Made by a program: the position numbers and the translations under genes
Assembly (NCBI GenBank): GCA_025356865.1
Contig: JANXQJ010000148.1
Span: 1-54,340 of the forward strand
DNA length: 54,340 bases
Source of the DNA: Deltaproteobacteria bacterium
GTDB taxonomy: Bacteria; Desulfobacterota; Deferrimicrobia; Deferrimicrobiales; Deferrimicrobiaceae
Direction of reading: 5' to 3'
Notes under the pieces: generated by a model
Databases searched by the model: none
What the model saw: the letters and a program-made list of their open reading frames with translations, nothing else
What the model was told of the DNA's origin: nothing
Shown here: positions 47,043-54,340 of the stretch, piece by piece
How the letters are laid out: each line of letters opens with the position of its first letter
Numbering within the stretch: position 1 is the stretch's first letter

Positions 47043-49517
47043 ATGAGAAGAAAGGTGATTGTTGCGGCCTCTTTGGCCGGGGCCTTCGCGATGCTCCTGG
47101 CCGCCTGCGGCGGAAACGAAACCGGGGAACCGGGGGGCGGCAAACGGATCGCCCTGAACGGCGGCACCGGAACCAGCGGTGCGAACGGAGGCGCCGGGGG
47201 AAGATTCCTGGTCGACTCTTATGCGAGCGTCGCGTTCAGGACCTCCGGCAACATCGATGCATCTTTCACCCTCTCCGACTACACGTTCTCCTATGTCTCC
47301 GGCAGCAACGGGGCGCTGGTCGCCTCGAACACGGCCGTCGTCCTCGTCAAGTCCGGCGACCCGGAACCCCCGGCCGGAACGCTTTACGTGACGCCCGGAA
47401 CCGGAACCCGTTACCTCTACAAGTCGAACGGAGACGATCTTCCCGGCCTTGACAACGACGTCGTCACCGGACTCCGGATCGCGGCAGGCGCCACGATGAC
47501 GGTTCCGGCCAACCTCGACACGAACGCCCTCTCGACCCCGGATACCCCGGTACGCGATACCGTCGGACTGTCCTTCGCGAACGACCTGGTCGTCGAAGGC
47601 ACGATCAAATCGGGCGGACTCGACGAAAGCACCCTGGGGGCCTTCCCGCAGCGCCACTCGGCGCGCGACATGGCAGGCATCGCCCTCGGCGCAAGACGTA
47701 TCCGCCTCGCATCCGGCGGTTCGATCATCACCCGTGGCGGCGACGGCACGGCGGCCGGGCAACGGGGCGGCGACGCCGGCTTCGTGCACCTCGTCGCTGA
47801 GTCCCTGCTGGTCAATGGCGGTTCGATCCTCGCCTCGGGCGGCAACGGCAACGGGGCGGACGGCGGAAACGGCCCCGCCTCATACGATGGCGTCGACATC
47901 GACTCGGTGAGCCTCGCCTGCAGCAACGGCAATATCATCAACACCGGCAACGTCGCCAGTTCAGGCGGAAGCGGCACGACCGGCGGCTGGGGCGGCAAGA
48001 TCGAGATGAACAGCGCGACCAATCTCGCCAACACCGGTTCACTGAACGCAGGCGGGGGAACCGGGTCGACCGGCGCCGGCGGAAACGGCGGCAACTTCAA
48101 CTTCTACGCCACCCACGGCAGCATTTCCAACTCCGGCGCGCTTGAAGCCCCGGGGGGGGCTGGAGGATCGGGCGGCGGGAACGGCGGCAATCTCCGTTTC
48201 TACTCGAACGACGTCGGCGGCAATGACGGATTCACGGGCAGGATTCTCAATTCCGGCAGCGCACGGCTCTCCGGCGGCAACGCCACCATTTCCGGGCCCG
48301 GCGGTGCCGGCGGCGGCATCGAATTCTTCGCGTGCGGCCGGATCGCCAATGCCGGTTCGCTTGCCACCGTCGGCGGGAACGCCCGGGGCGCGGACAATTT
48401 CGCCGGCCCCGGCGGCAACCTGTACGTCGAATCCTATTACGGCCAGACCGACAACAGTTATCTCTACGGGAATGCGCCCGGCTCGGCCTCGTACGGCACC
48501 GCCGCGGGCCCGATCCGGTTCTCATCCGACATCACGCTCAACGGCGGCAATTCCGAGGGGGCGAATGCCCATTCCGGAAACGGAGGACAGATCGAGGTCT
48601 ACACGTATCCGCGGCGGCTCGGCCTCACGCCGGTCGTGAACGGGAACGCGCTTCCGCCCGTTCTCCCGGTCGAGTTCGTCGGCTACGCCAGCATCTCGGC
48701 AAACGGCGGCAGCGGCATCGGCTATCAGTTCGAACAGGAGTCGTTCAGCGATGCCGGGACGCTTGAAATCTACACGCACGCGGCAGCCAGCATCAACGGC
48801 ATCGAGCTCCCCATCCCCCCGATCCACAACGACGTGCCCGTCGAGCTCCTGGGCGGCAACGCGACCGCCCCCGGCGCCTTCGGCGGGAACGGCGGACGCT
48901 TCTGGCTGGCCACCATGACCCACTTCATGGAGGAGAACCCGGGGCAGAACAATTTTGCCGCGATCGACGGCGGGCTCGGAGTCCAGACGACGGTCACCAA
49001 CACCGGCAACATCGACGCCCGAGGGGGCACGGCCTCGGGCGCGGACGGCGTCGGGGGATTCGGGGGCGAGATCTACCTGTTCGGCTACGGGAAAGTCGCC
49101 AACACGGGCGCCATTGACGGCAGCGGCGGTGATGCGACCGGTGCCGGCGGCGCGGGGGGTGACAGCTGCGGCCCCTACAAGCTCGAGTCGGCCGGCGACA
49201 TCGTGAACCGCGGCACGATCCTCCTGAACGGCGGGAACGGCCTCGGCACGAACGGCAAGGGCGGGAACGCGGACGGCACCCGGTCGAACATCTGGCTCTA
49301 CCTGACCGCGGGAGGCCTTGTCGACTCGACCGGAACCCTTTCGGCCAAAGGCGGGAGCGCGACCGGAAGCGGGATCAACGGACGCGGCGGCAACATCGGG
49401 CTCTACAGCCAGAACGGTCCCTCGGTATTCGGCACGCTCGAAGTCGGCAAGGGGAGCGGCGGAACGGGCGGAACCAACGGGACCACGCGGATCGACGTGT
49501 GGACTCCCCTTCCCTAA
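47043..49517 (+). CDS. Gly-rich repetitive lipoprotein, predicted beta-solenoid, unknown family
   Basis: Lipobox MLLAAC|G, with GGAGAG upstream of the ATG. About 14 units of the type xIxN(S/T)GxLxxxGGxG....GGxGGx(I/L)x(F/L/V)x, e.g. GGWGGKIEMNS, GGNGGNFNFYA, GGNGGNLRFYS, GGAGGGIEFFA, GNGGQIEVYT, GGNGGRFWLAT, GGFGGEIYLFG, GRGGNIGLYS. Confidence 0.75.
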   Translation: MRRKVIVAASLAGAFAMLLAACGGNETGEPGGGKRIALNGGTGTSGANGGAGGRFLVDSYASVAFRTSGNIDASFTLSDYTFSYVSGSNGALVASNTAVVLVKSGDPEPPAGTLYVTPGTGTRYLYKSNGDDLPGLDNDVVTGLRIAAGATMTVPANLDTNALSTPDTPVRDTVGLSFANDLVVEGTIKSGGLDESTLGAFPQRHSARDMAGIALGARRIRLASGGSIITRGGDGTAAGQRGGDAGFVHLVAESLLVNGGSILASGGNGNGADGGNGPASYDGVDIDSVSLACSNGNIINTGNVASSGGSGTTGGWGGKIEMNSATNLANTGSLNAGGGTGSTGAGGNGGNFNFYATHGSISNSGALEAPGGAGGSGGGNGGNLRFYSNDVGGNDGFTGRILNSGSARLSGGNATISGPGGAGGGIEFFACGRIANAGSLATVGGNARGADNFAGPGGNLYVESYYGQTDNSYLYGNAPGSASYGTAAGPIRFSSDITLNGGNSEGANAHSGNGGQIEVYTYPRRLGLTPVVNGNALPPVLPVEFVGYASISANGGSGIGYQFEQESFSDAGTLEIYTHAAASINGIELPIPPIHNDVPVELLGGNATAPGAFGGNGGRFWLATMTHFMEENPGQNNFAAIDGGLGVQTTVTNTGNIDARGGTASGADGVGGFGGEIYLFGYGKVANTGAIDGSGGDATGAGGAGGDSCGPYKLESAGDIVNRGTILLNGGNGLGTNGKGGNADGTRSNIWLYLTAGGLVDSTGTLSAKGGSATGSGINGRGGNIGLYSQNGPSVFGTLEVGKGSGGTGGTNGTTRIDVWTPLP
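47700..49427 (+). repeat. Degenerate coding repeat array (Gly-rich solenoid units) within the lipoprotein gene
   Basis: Recurrent ggcggcaacggcggc-type DNA and the peptide units listed for the CDS. Unit spacing is irregular (about 30-60 residues). Confidence 0.6.
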
Positions 49518-49545
49518 TAGAGCTGGAGATCATTCTCCGCACGTG

Positions 49546-49587
49546 ATACGGGAGGGTGCCTTCACGGCGCCCTCCCGTATTTTTTTT
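49546..49587 (+). terminator. Rho-independent terminator of the solenoid-lipoprotein gene, shared with the convergent gene end
   Basis: atacgggagggtgcc-ttcac-ggcgccctcccgtat stem (one mismatch) followed by eight T. The stop codon of the convergent minus-strand gene (49586-49588) lies in the T-run. Confidence 0.75.
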
Positions 49588-51181
49588 ACCGGTTCACCAG
49601 GTCCTTCCGGATGTAGACCGGCCCCATTCCCGGCGAGAACTCTTCCTTCAACAACGAATAGACGCCCTCGTGGCTCGACAGGAATTTTTCGGCAACACGG
49701 CTCCAGCCCGGAGGATAGTTCGCCTCCAGCCAGGAGAGGGCGATGAGGGCCGGCGGAGCCGCTTCCAGAGTCGCCTTGAAAAGATCGGGGTCGAACGCCC
49801 GCTTGAGCGGATCACCTTCCGGAAGCGCCACGGAATGGCTGGGAATCTCGTCGAACGTGATGAACGTGGCATCCCGACGGAACATCGGGTGAATCGGCCA
49901 CACGGCCACGACGCGCTCGTTCCGGGGAACGAGTTCAAGCAACCGCTCGTACTTCGCCGCGAACCTTGGCCACGACGGAACCCGGACCACCCCGATGTCA
50001 CCCGCGAGCCGCAGGTGGGTCGGTGTCGCTCCCCGGACGTTCAGGGGCGTCTCCCCGAACTCGCGCAGGACGGTTCCGCTTTCCGCGACGAGCGTGACCA
50101 GCGCGCCAACCGCCAGGAGCAGGCGTGCCGCCCGTTTCACTTCCGGGGAGAACGACAGGGACACGAAGGCAAACGGGAGGAAAAACGCGAGGCAGAGCAG
50201 GACAGGGGAAAGATATTCCTCCTTGAAGCTTTTCGTGACCAGGGCCGAGGCCATCACCCCGCACAGGACGCCCACCCCCCCCAGCACCAACCGGCTGCGG
50301 CTGCGCCAGGCGAACGCGAGCCAACCGGAGATCCCCAGCACCATGGCGATGCCCGCAACGGGGTTCTCGAGCATGAACGCCCCCGCATAGAACAGGGTCG
50401 GGTCGAACGCGGGCGCGCCGGAAAGGAACCGGCCCTCGAGAACGGCGTACCGGAACTGGAGCAGGAAGGAATACCGGATGTTCCTGGCCACGGACTCCCC
50501 CCCCCAGTGGAAGAGGAGGAGGACGGCCACTCCACCGAGCGCGATACCGAGGGCGGCGGCGACAAGAACGCGCGACATCCGGCGTTTTTCCCTGCAGCAA
50601 CAGGCCATGTATCCCGACAGGCCGAAGATGAGGGGAAGCGGGTATTTCGGCATGATCGCGACCGAAACGACGGATAGCGCCGCCGCAACCGCCACGTTCC
50701 GGGGAGCCGGGTCCGAGAAAAACAGATAGATGGCGCCGAAGGCCGCCAGGGCCGACAGGTGGTCGACGCTGTATTCGGAATGATAGACGCCGAGGGCCGG
50801 CGCGGTCACGACCAGCAGGAACGACAGCAGGCCGGGGATCCAGTCGTTCGCCACGCGCCGGGAATGCAGCGCGAACAGGGCGCCGATACCCGAGGCCAGG
50901 AGGATCGAGACGATCCGGAGCGGCAGGATCGCGGACGGCGACTCGGGCAGGAAACGCATCAGGGGAAGCATCGCCAGGAATCCCGCCATCGGATGGGGGG
51001 CGAAGAAATCGACGTTGGACTCGAGGCCGGTCGAGAGGAGCCATAGATAGTGCACGCGCAACGCCTCGTCGAAGAACGGGACGTGGGTCAGGGCGTGGAC
51101 GACCAGGATGACGGCGGCCAGGACGGCGGAGAGAACCGCCGCCCGGAACGTGAGCGAATCGAGGGTGCTCTCCCGCGTCAT
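49586..51181 (-). CDS. Polytopic membrane protein, GT-C-fold glycosyltransferase-like (ArnT/PMT-like) with C-terminal soluble domain
   Basis: About 11-12 TM helices. First-loop motif VPFFDEALRVHY (DE-type GT-C motif). ~170-aa soluble C-terminus. ATGA overlap with the rSAM gene stop. The upstream 135 codons of ORF 49586-51586 are Arg/Pro junk. Confidence 0.6.
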   Translation of the reverse strand: MTRESTLDSLTFRAAVLSAVLAAVILVVHALTHVPFFDEALRVHYLWLLSTGLESNVDFFAPHPMAGFLAMLPLMRFLPESPSAILPLRIVSILLASGIGALFALHSRRVANDWIPGLLSFLLVVTAPALGVYHSEYSVDHLSALAAFGAIYLFFSDPAPRNVAVAAALSVVSVAIMPKYPLPLIFGLSGYMACCCREKRRMSRVLVAAALGIALGGVAVLLLFHWGGESVARNIRYSFLLQFRYAVLEGRFLSGAPAFDPTLFYAGAFMLENPVAGIAMVLGISGWLAFAWRSRSRLVLGGVGVLCGVMASALVTKSFKEEYLSPVLLCLAFFLPFAFVSLSFSPEVKRAARLLLAVGALVTLVAESGTVLREFGETPLNVRGATPTHLRLAGDIGVVRVPSWPRFAAKYERLLELVPRNERVVAVWPIHPMFRRDATFITFDEIPSHSVALPEGDPLKRAFDPDLFKATLEAAPPALIALSWLEANYPPGWSRVAEKFLSSHEGVYSLLKEEFSPGMGPVYIRKDLVNR

Positions 51182-52077
51182 TCGCCGGATTCGATCGTCA
51201 CGGACGTGTGGCCGTCCCGCTGGAACCGGTCGGTCTTCGTCTTCACGTCGCACGGATTGCAGTGGCCGAAGTGGTCGCAGCTGCGGAAGCGGTCGTCGAT
51301 GCGGAAGGAAGCGTCCAGGATGTGGCCGACCGGTTCGCGCCCCTCGTAGAGGTCGGCGTGGCACCGGAACACGTCGCCTCCGGGCCCGATCAGGAGTTCG
51401 GTCGTCCGGCAGCGGACCCGCTTCCGGAAGTGCCCCTCGCACGCGCCGGGAAAGGCATAATGGCCGTGCAGCGTGTCCTCGTGCATCCCGAGGAATTCCT
51501 TCGTCCGGAAATCGATGCCCCGCTCGAGGCAGTATGCCTGCGCGCGCAGGACCGCTTCCGCGCTGCCGGGGTGGAGCACGCCCCATATGCCGACGGAGTA
51601 ACCGCCCGAAAGGAGCGTCAGCACCTTTTCCGCGAGCGGTTCCACCGTCATCGTTTCCGGGTGGTAACTGACCCGGATGGAGGCGTACGGCGCCTCCCGC
51701 TTCATCCTGCCGGGGGGGATCTCATTCATGAAGCGTCCGACGTCGAGCTCGAGGTTGGTCAGGAGGTCGACGGGGAGCACGGGGCGGATTCCCGAGACGA
51801 TGGCGTGGAAGTCGGGGTGCATGGTCGGTTCCCCGCCCTGGAGCGTCACCGGCAGGTCGGGGCGGGTGACGAGCCGGCTCAGCCCTTTCGCCCACTCGTT
51901 GGCGTTCAGCGTGCGCCCTTTCCGCGTGAGGCGGCCGAACCGGTTGAGGCAGTAGCCGCAGCGGAGGGTGCAATCGAAGGTCAGGAACACCCCGACGTAG
52001 TTGTAGCCGGCCGGAAGCGCGACCCGCGGCAACGCGCCGCCGTCTTGCCCGACCCGATCCGCCTGGTCACCGTTCAT
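51178..52077 (-). CDS. Radical SAM protein with C-terminal auxiliary Cys cluster (SPASM/twitch-like)
   Basis: CX3CX2C motif FDCTLRCGYC, GGEPTMH SAM-binding motif, and C-terminal Cys set C..RC......CDHFGHCNPC. Confidence 0.8.
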   Translation of the reverse strand: MNGDQADRVGQDGGALPRVALPAGYNYVGVFLTFDCTLRCGYCLNRFGRLTRKGRTLNANEWAKGLSRLVTRPDLPVTLQGGEPTMHPDFHAIVSGIRPVLPVDLLTNLELDVGRFMNEIPPGRMKREAPYASIRVSYHPETMTVEPLAEKVLTLLSGGYSVGIWGVLHPGSAEAVLRAQAYCLERGIDFRTKEFLGMHEDTLHGHYAFPGACEGHFRKRVRCRTTELLIGPGGDVFRCHADLYEGREPVGHILDASFRIDDRFRSCDHFGHCNPCDVKTKTDRFQRDGHTSVTIESGE

Positions 52078-52600
52078 GTTCGCTGCCTTTCTTCAACAGG
52101 ACCTTTTTCAGCGCCACCATGCCGCGCGCGATCGTCAACACCAACGGACTGCCGATATGATAGCGCCCTTCGCGGAGTACGACCTGTCCGGTGCCGAGCA
52201 GTCGCGCGATCCGCTTTCCGACGATTTCACCGGCGCCGTACCGTGCGGCCAGTTCCCCGTGGGACAGCGCGCCGCCCGCTTCGTGCAGTTCGCGGAGCAG
52301 CCGGATCCGCCGCGCCGTCTCGCCCAGGTTGACGAAATGGAAGTGGCAGTAGCCGAGGGCCGCGTAGCAACCAAGCGACAGCAGGACACGGAACGCGGCA
52401 TCGACCGGCGGGGCCGCTCCGGACGAAACGCTCCGGGCCGCACCTGCGACGACCATGACGCCCGCAAGCCCGGCCGCGAATCCCAGGTATTCGGAGCGGA
52501 GCAGACCGATCGCCGGACGGCCGCGAAAGGTGGCGACCTGGACGGCGACGTTGAGCGCCAGGCCGAGAACCGGCGAGAGCGCGGAGAACCATTCCGCCAT
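52067..52600 (-). CDS. Small membrane protein (3-4 TM) with C-terminal winged-helix-like domain; paralog of the upstream gene
   Basis: MAEWFSALSPVLGLALNVAV... ; C-terminus ...RIRLLRELHEAGGALSHGELAARYG..IVGKRIARLLGTGQVVLREGRYHIG. The ATG at 52598-52600 lies 5 nt after the upstream stop and is preceded by a G-rich RBS. Confidence 0.5.
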   Translation of the reverse strand: MAEWFSALSPVLGLALNVAVQVATFRGRPAIGLLRSEYLGFAAGLAGVMVVAGAARSVSSGAAPPVDAAFRVLLSLGCYAALGYCHFHFVNLGETARRIRLLRELHEAGGALSHGELAARYGAGEIVGKRIARLLGTGQVVLREGRYHIGSPLVLTIARGMVALKKVLLKKGSEHER

Positions 52601-52605
52601 CGCGC

Positions 52606-53127
52606 TCACCCCCCCTTCCCCGCCCCGAGCAGCCACCGATGGCGTATGAACAGCCGCGCCATCCGCACCCCTTTGGGGGTCAGCCGGTACAACCCGTCTT
52701 CTTCGCGGATCAACCCGTCGCGCAGCAGGTCGCGAATCCGGGGTTCAACCAGAAGGGCGTCGCTCATGCCCTGATCGAACTCGGACTCGGGCAGGCCGCC
52801 CGGCCCGGCCCGGTCGATCGCGAGGACCATGACGAGGGAGGGGCTGTCGACCTCGACCGCGGAGTAGGTGATCATGTAGGCCAGTGTGACGGCCGTCACG
52901 AATCCTGAAATCGAGAGGTAGCTCGGCATCGGCACCGGCACCGGGATGCGGAGCGCGGGCCACGAGGCGGCCAGCACGGGCAGCAGCAGCAGCGCAGTGG
53001 CCAGCGTTCCGAAGAAGATCGCCAGGACGGCCCGCGTCTGCCTTTCCGGCACCCGGACGCGCCAGGCAACCAGGTGGATGGCGAAGGCGGCCAGCACGGT
53101 TCCCGCCGAGATGACGAACTCGCCCAT
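52606..53127 (-). CDS. Small membrane protein (3-4 TM) with C-terminal winged-helix-like domain
   Basis: MGEFVISAGTVLAAFAIHLVAW... ; C-terminus ...LLVEPRIRDLLRDGLIREEDGLYRLTPKG. ATG at 53125-53127 overlaps the B12-rSAM stop by 1 nt. Confidence 0.5.
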   Translation of the reverse strand: MGEFVISAGTVLAAFAIHLVAWRVRVPERQTRAVLAIFFGTLATALLLLPVLAASWPALRIPVPVPMPSYLSISGFVTAVTLAYMITYSAVEVDSPSLVMVLAIDRAGPGGLPESEFDQGMSDALLVEPRIRDLLRDGLIREEDGLYRLTPKGVRMARLFIRHRWLLGAGKGG

Positions 53128-54340
53128 CAGAAACTCTTCCGGAAGCGGAGCAGGAAACGGGCGGCGCCCCACAGCGACAGCCCCCGTTCGGCCTTGTAGC
53201 GCAGCACCGTCCCGGCGAACAGGAACGGGTAGTAGCACCATGAGGCCGTCACCCGCCGGACGGCCCATTCGGCGACCCCGAGCAGGGACGGGTATTTCAC
53301 CAGGAAATAGGCGATCCGCTGCAGGTTCTCGATCCGCCGGCGATCGGGGAGGTCAAGCACGCTCCGGGTGAGGAACGATTCCGGGAGGTCGCCGAATCCG
53401 AAGTCCGCGGGCAGGTACCCCTTTTCGACGCAGTAGCCGGCCAGCTTCGTCCCCGGGAACGGCAGGAAGAGCGGCGTGAAGACGAAGTCGGCCCCGATCC
53501 GGACGTTGAGCCGGACCGTGGCGAAGGCGTCTTCGAGCGTTTCGTCGGGCAGGCAGAACATGTTCGACGTCTGCACCCGGATCCCTTCGGCGTGAAGCAA
53601 CCCGGCGCAGCGGGCGATCTCGTCGTCGCCGATCGCCTTTCCGAGGACCTGTTTCCGGAGCCGCTCGTTTCCGCTCTCGACGCCGAAGCTGACGGTGCGG
53701 CAGCCCGCCTCCCGGAGCAGGCGCGCCGTTTCGGCGTCGATGCGGTCGGCGCGGGTGACGCACATGAACGGGATGCCGATCCGCTCCCGGTAAAATCGCC
53801 CGAATTCGGCCAGCCACCGGTTGTCGGACGCGAACAGATCGTCGGCGAAGAAGATCGACCGGATCGGCGAGAGGGCGCGGGCCGCCTCGATTTCAGAGAT
53901 CAGGTGCGCAGGCGCCTTCATCCGGACGCGGCCCCACTCGCCGGGAAACAGGTCGAGCAGCCGCTCGTTGAAGCAGAACGCGCACCGGTAAGGGCATCCC
54001 CTGGACGCGACGAACTGCTTCTGCTCGTCGTCGCGCAGCATCCCATACCGGCGATAATAGACCATCCGATCCTCGAGGGGGCCGTCGAGTCCGGGCAGGA
54101 GCGACGCCCGCCCCTCGATTACCGGCAGCCCGTCCACCCCCCTGTACCCGATCCCCGGGATCGCCGCAAGCGGGTTGCCGTCGCGCAGGGCGGCGCAGAA
54201 GGAGACCAGTGTTCCCTCGCCTTCCCCGGTGCAGACAAAATCGACTTCCGGGATCGACAGCACCGCTTCGGGGTACAGGATGGCGTGAACCCCGCCGACG
54301 ACAACCGGGACTCCCGGCAGCGACGCCTTGATGCGCGCGG
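53127..54340 (-). CDS. B12-binding-domain radical SAM protein (class B), N-terminus beyond the window end
   Basis: The frame stays open to the window edge: ...ARIKASLPGVPVVVGGVHAILYPEAVLSIPEVDFVCTGEGEG (cobalamin-binding domain), then SRGCPYRCAFC (CX3CX2C). The track start at 54263 is an internal GTG. Confidence 0.85.
   Translation of the reverse strand, partial: ARIKASLPGVPVVVGGVHAILYPEAVLSIPEVDFVCTGEGEGTLVSFCAALRDGNPLAAIPGIGYRGVDGLPVIEGRASLLPGLDGPLEDRMVYYRRYGMLRDDEQKQFVASRGCPYRCAFCFNERLLDLFPGEWGRVRMKAPAHLISEIEAARALSPIRSIFFADDLFASDNRWLAEFGRFYRERIGIPFMCVTRADRIDAETARLLREAGCRTVSFGVESGNERLRKQVLGKAIGDDEIARCAGLLHAEGIRVQTSNMFCLPDETLEDAFATVRLNVRIGADFVFTPLFLPFPGTKLAGYCVEKGYLPADFGFGDLPESFLTRSVLDLPDRRRIENLQRIAYFLVKYPSLLGVAEWAVRRVTASWCYYPFLFAGTVLRYKAERGLSLWGAARFLLRFRKSF

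Noticed and set aside
47700-49427. Repetitive ggcggcaacggcggc-type DNA considered as a CRISPR or tandem-repeat array
   Set aside because: The repeats are degenerate and irregularly spaced, and they lie in one continuous ORF encoding Gly-rich solenoid units. There is no repeat-spacer structure and no cas genes.

Overview
High-GC, very gene-dense bacterial chromosomal window with about 48 protein-coding genes. All but three are on the minus strand, and many are joined by 1-4 nt start/stop overlaps (ATGA, GTGA, TGATG). I found no rRNA, tRNA, CRISPR array, transposase, integrase or phage gene by eye. All family calls come from motif recognition in the translations; no database search was run.

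Gene order, left to right:
- 1-7100: sigma54/PilR-controlled type IV pilin gene, followed in the same operon by a Wzy_C/O-antigen-ligase-TPR protein, a TPR membrane protein, an ABC-2 exporter, a WecA-type initiating glycosyltransferase and an FAD (UGM-like) enzyme. This is a pilin-linked glycan/EPS or pilin-glycosylation locus.
- 7145-33948, mostly housekeeping: pilR, topA, dprA, a LysM protein, a GT-C-like membrane protein, tlyA-dxs-ispA-xseB-(M23 peptidase)-xseA, ctpA-envC-ftsX-ftsE(degenerate), metH (short form), murI, an orphan 2-hydroxyacyl-CoA-dehydratase-family gene, nfnAB-like genes and engB.
- 33959-49517, the most unusual part: an all-exported envelope block. It holds an M6 metalloprotease/propeller protein with a CFIATAAYGS C-terminal tail, a 624-aa beta-barrel and a coiled-coil/Pro-Ala lipoprotein. 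A hairpin follows, then a SurA-N-like chaperone, an NHL propeller, a TlpA redoxin, a redoxin-fused decahaem cytochrome c and a degenerate-GGDEF sensor. A Gly-rich beta-solenoid lipoprotein is transcribed divergently.
- 49586-54340: a membrane-associated radical-SAM cassette. It contains a B12-rSAM, two paralogous membrane/winged-helix proteins, an rSAM with a C-terminal Cys cluster, and a GT-C-like membrane protein.

The pilin N-terminus, PilR/sigma54 control and c7-type multihaem cytochrome suggest a Desulfuromonadota/Myxococcota-like (deltaproteobacterial) lineage. That is an inference only. The many long ORFs antisense to, or out of frame with, these genes are high-GC artefacts.
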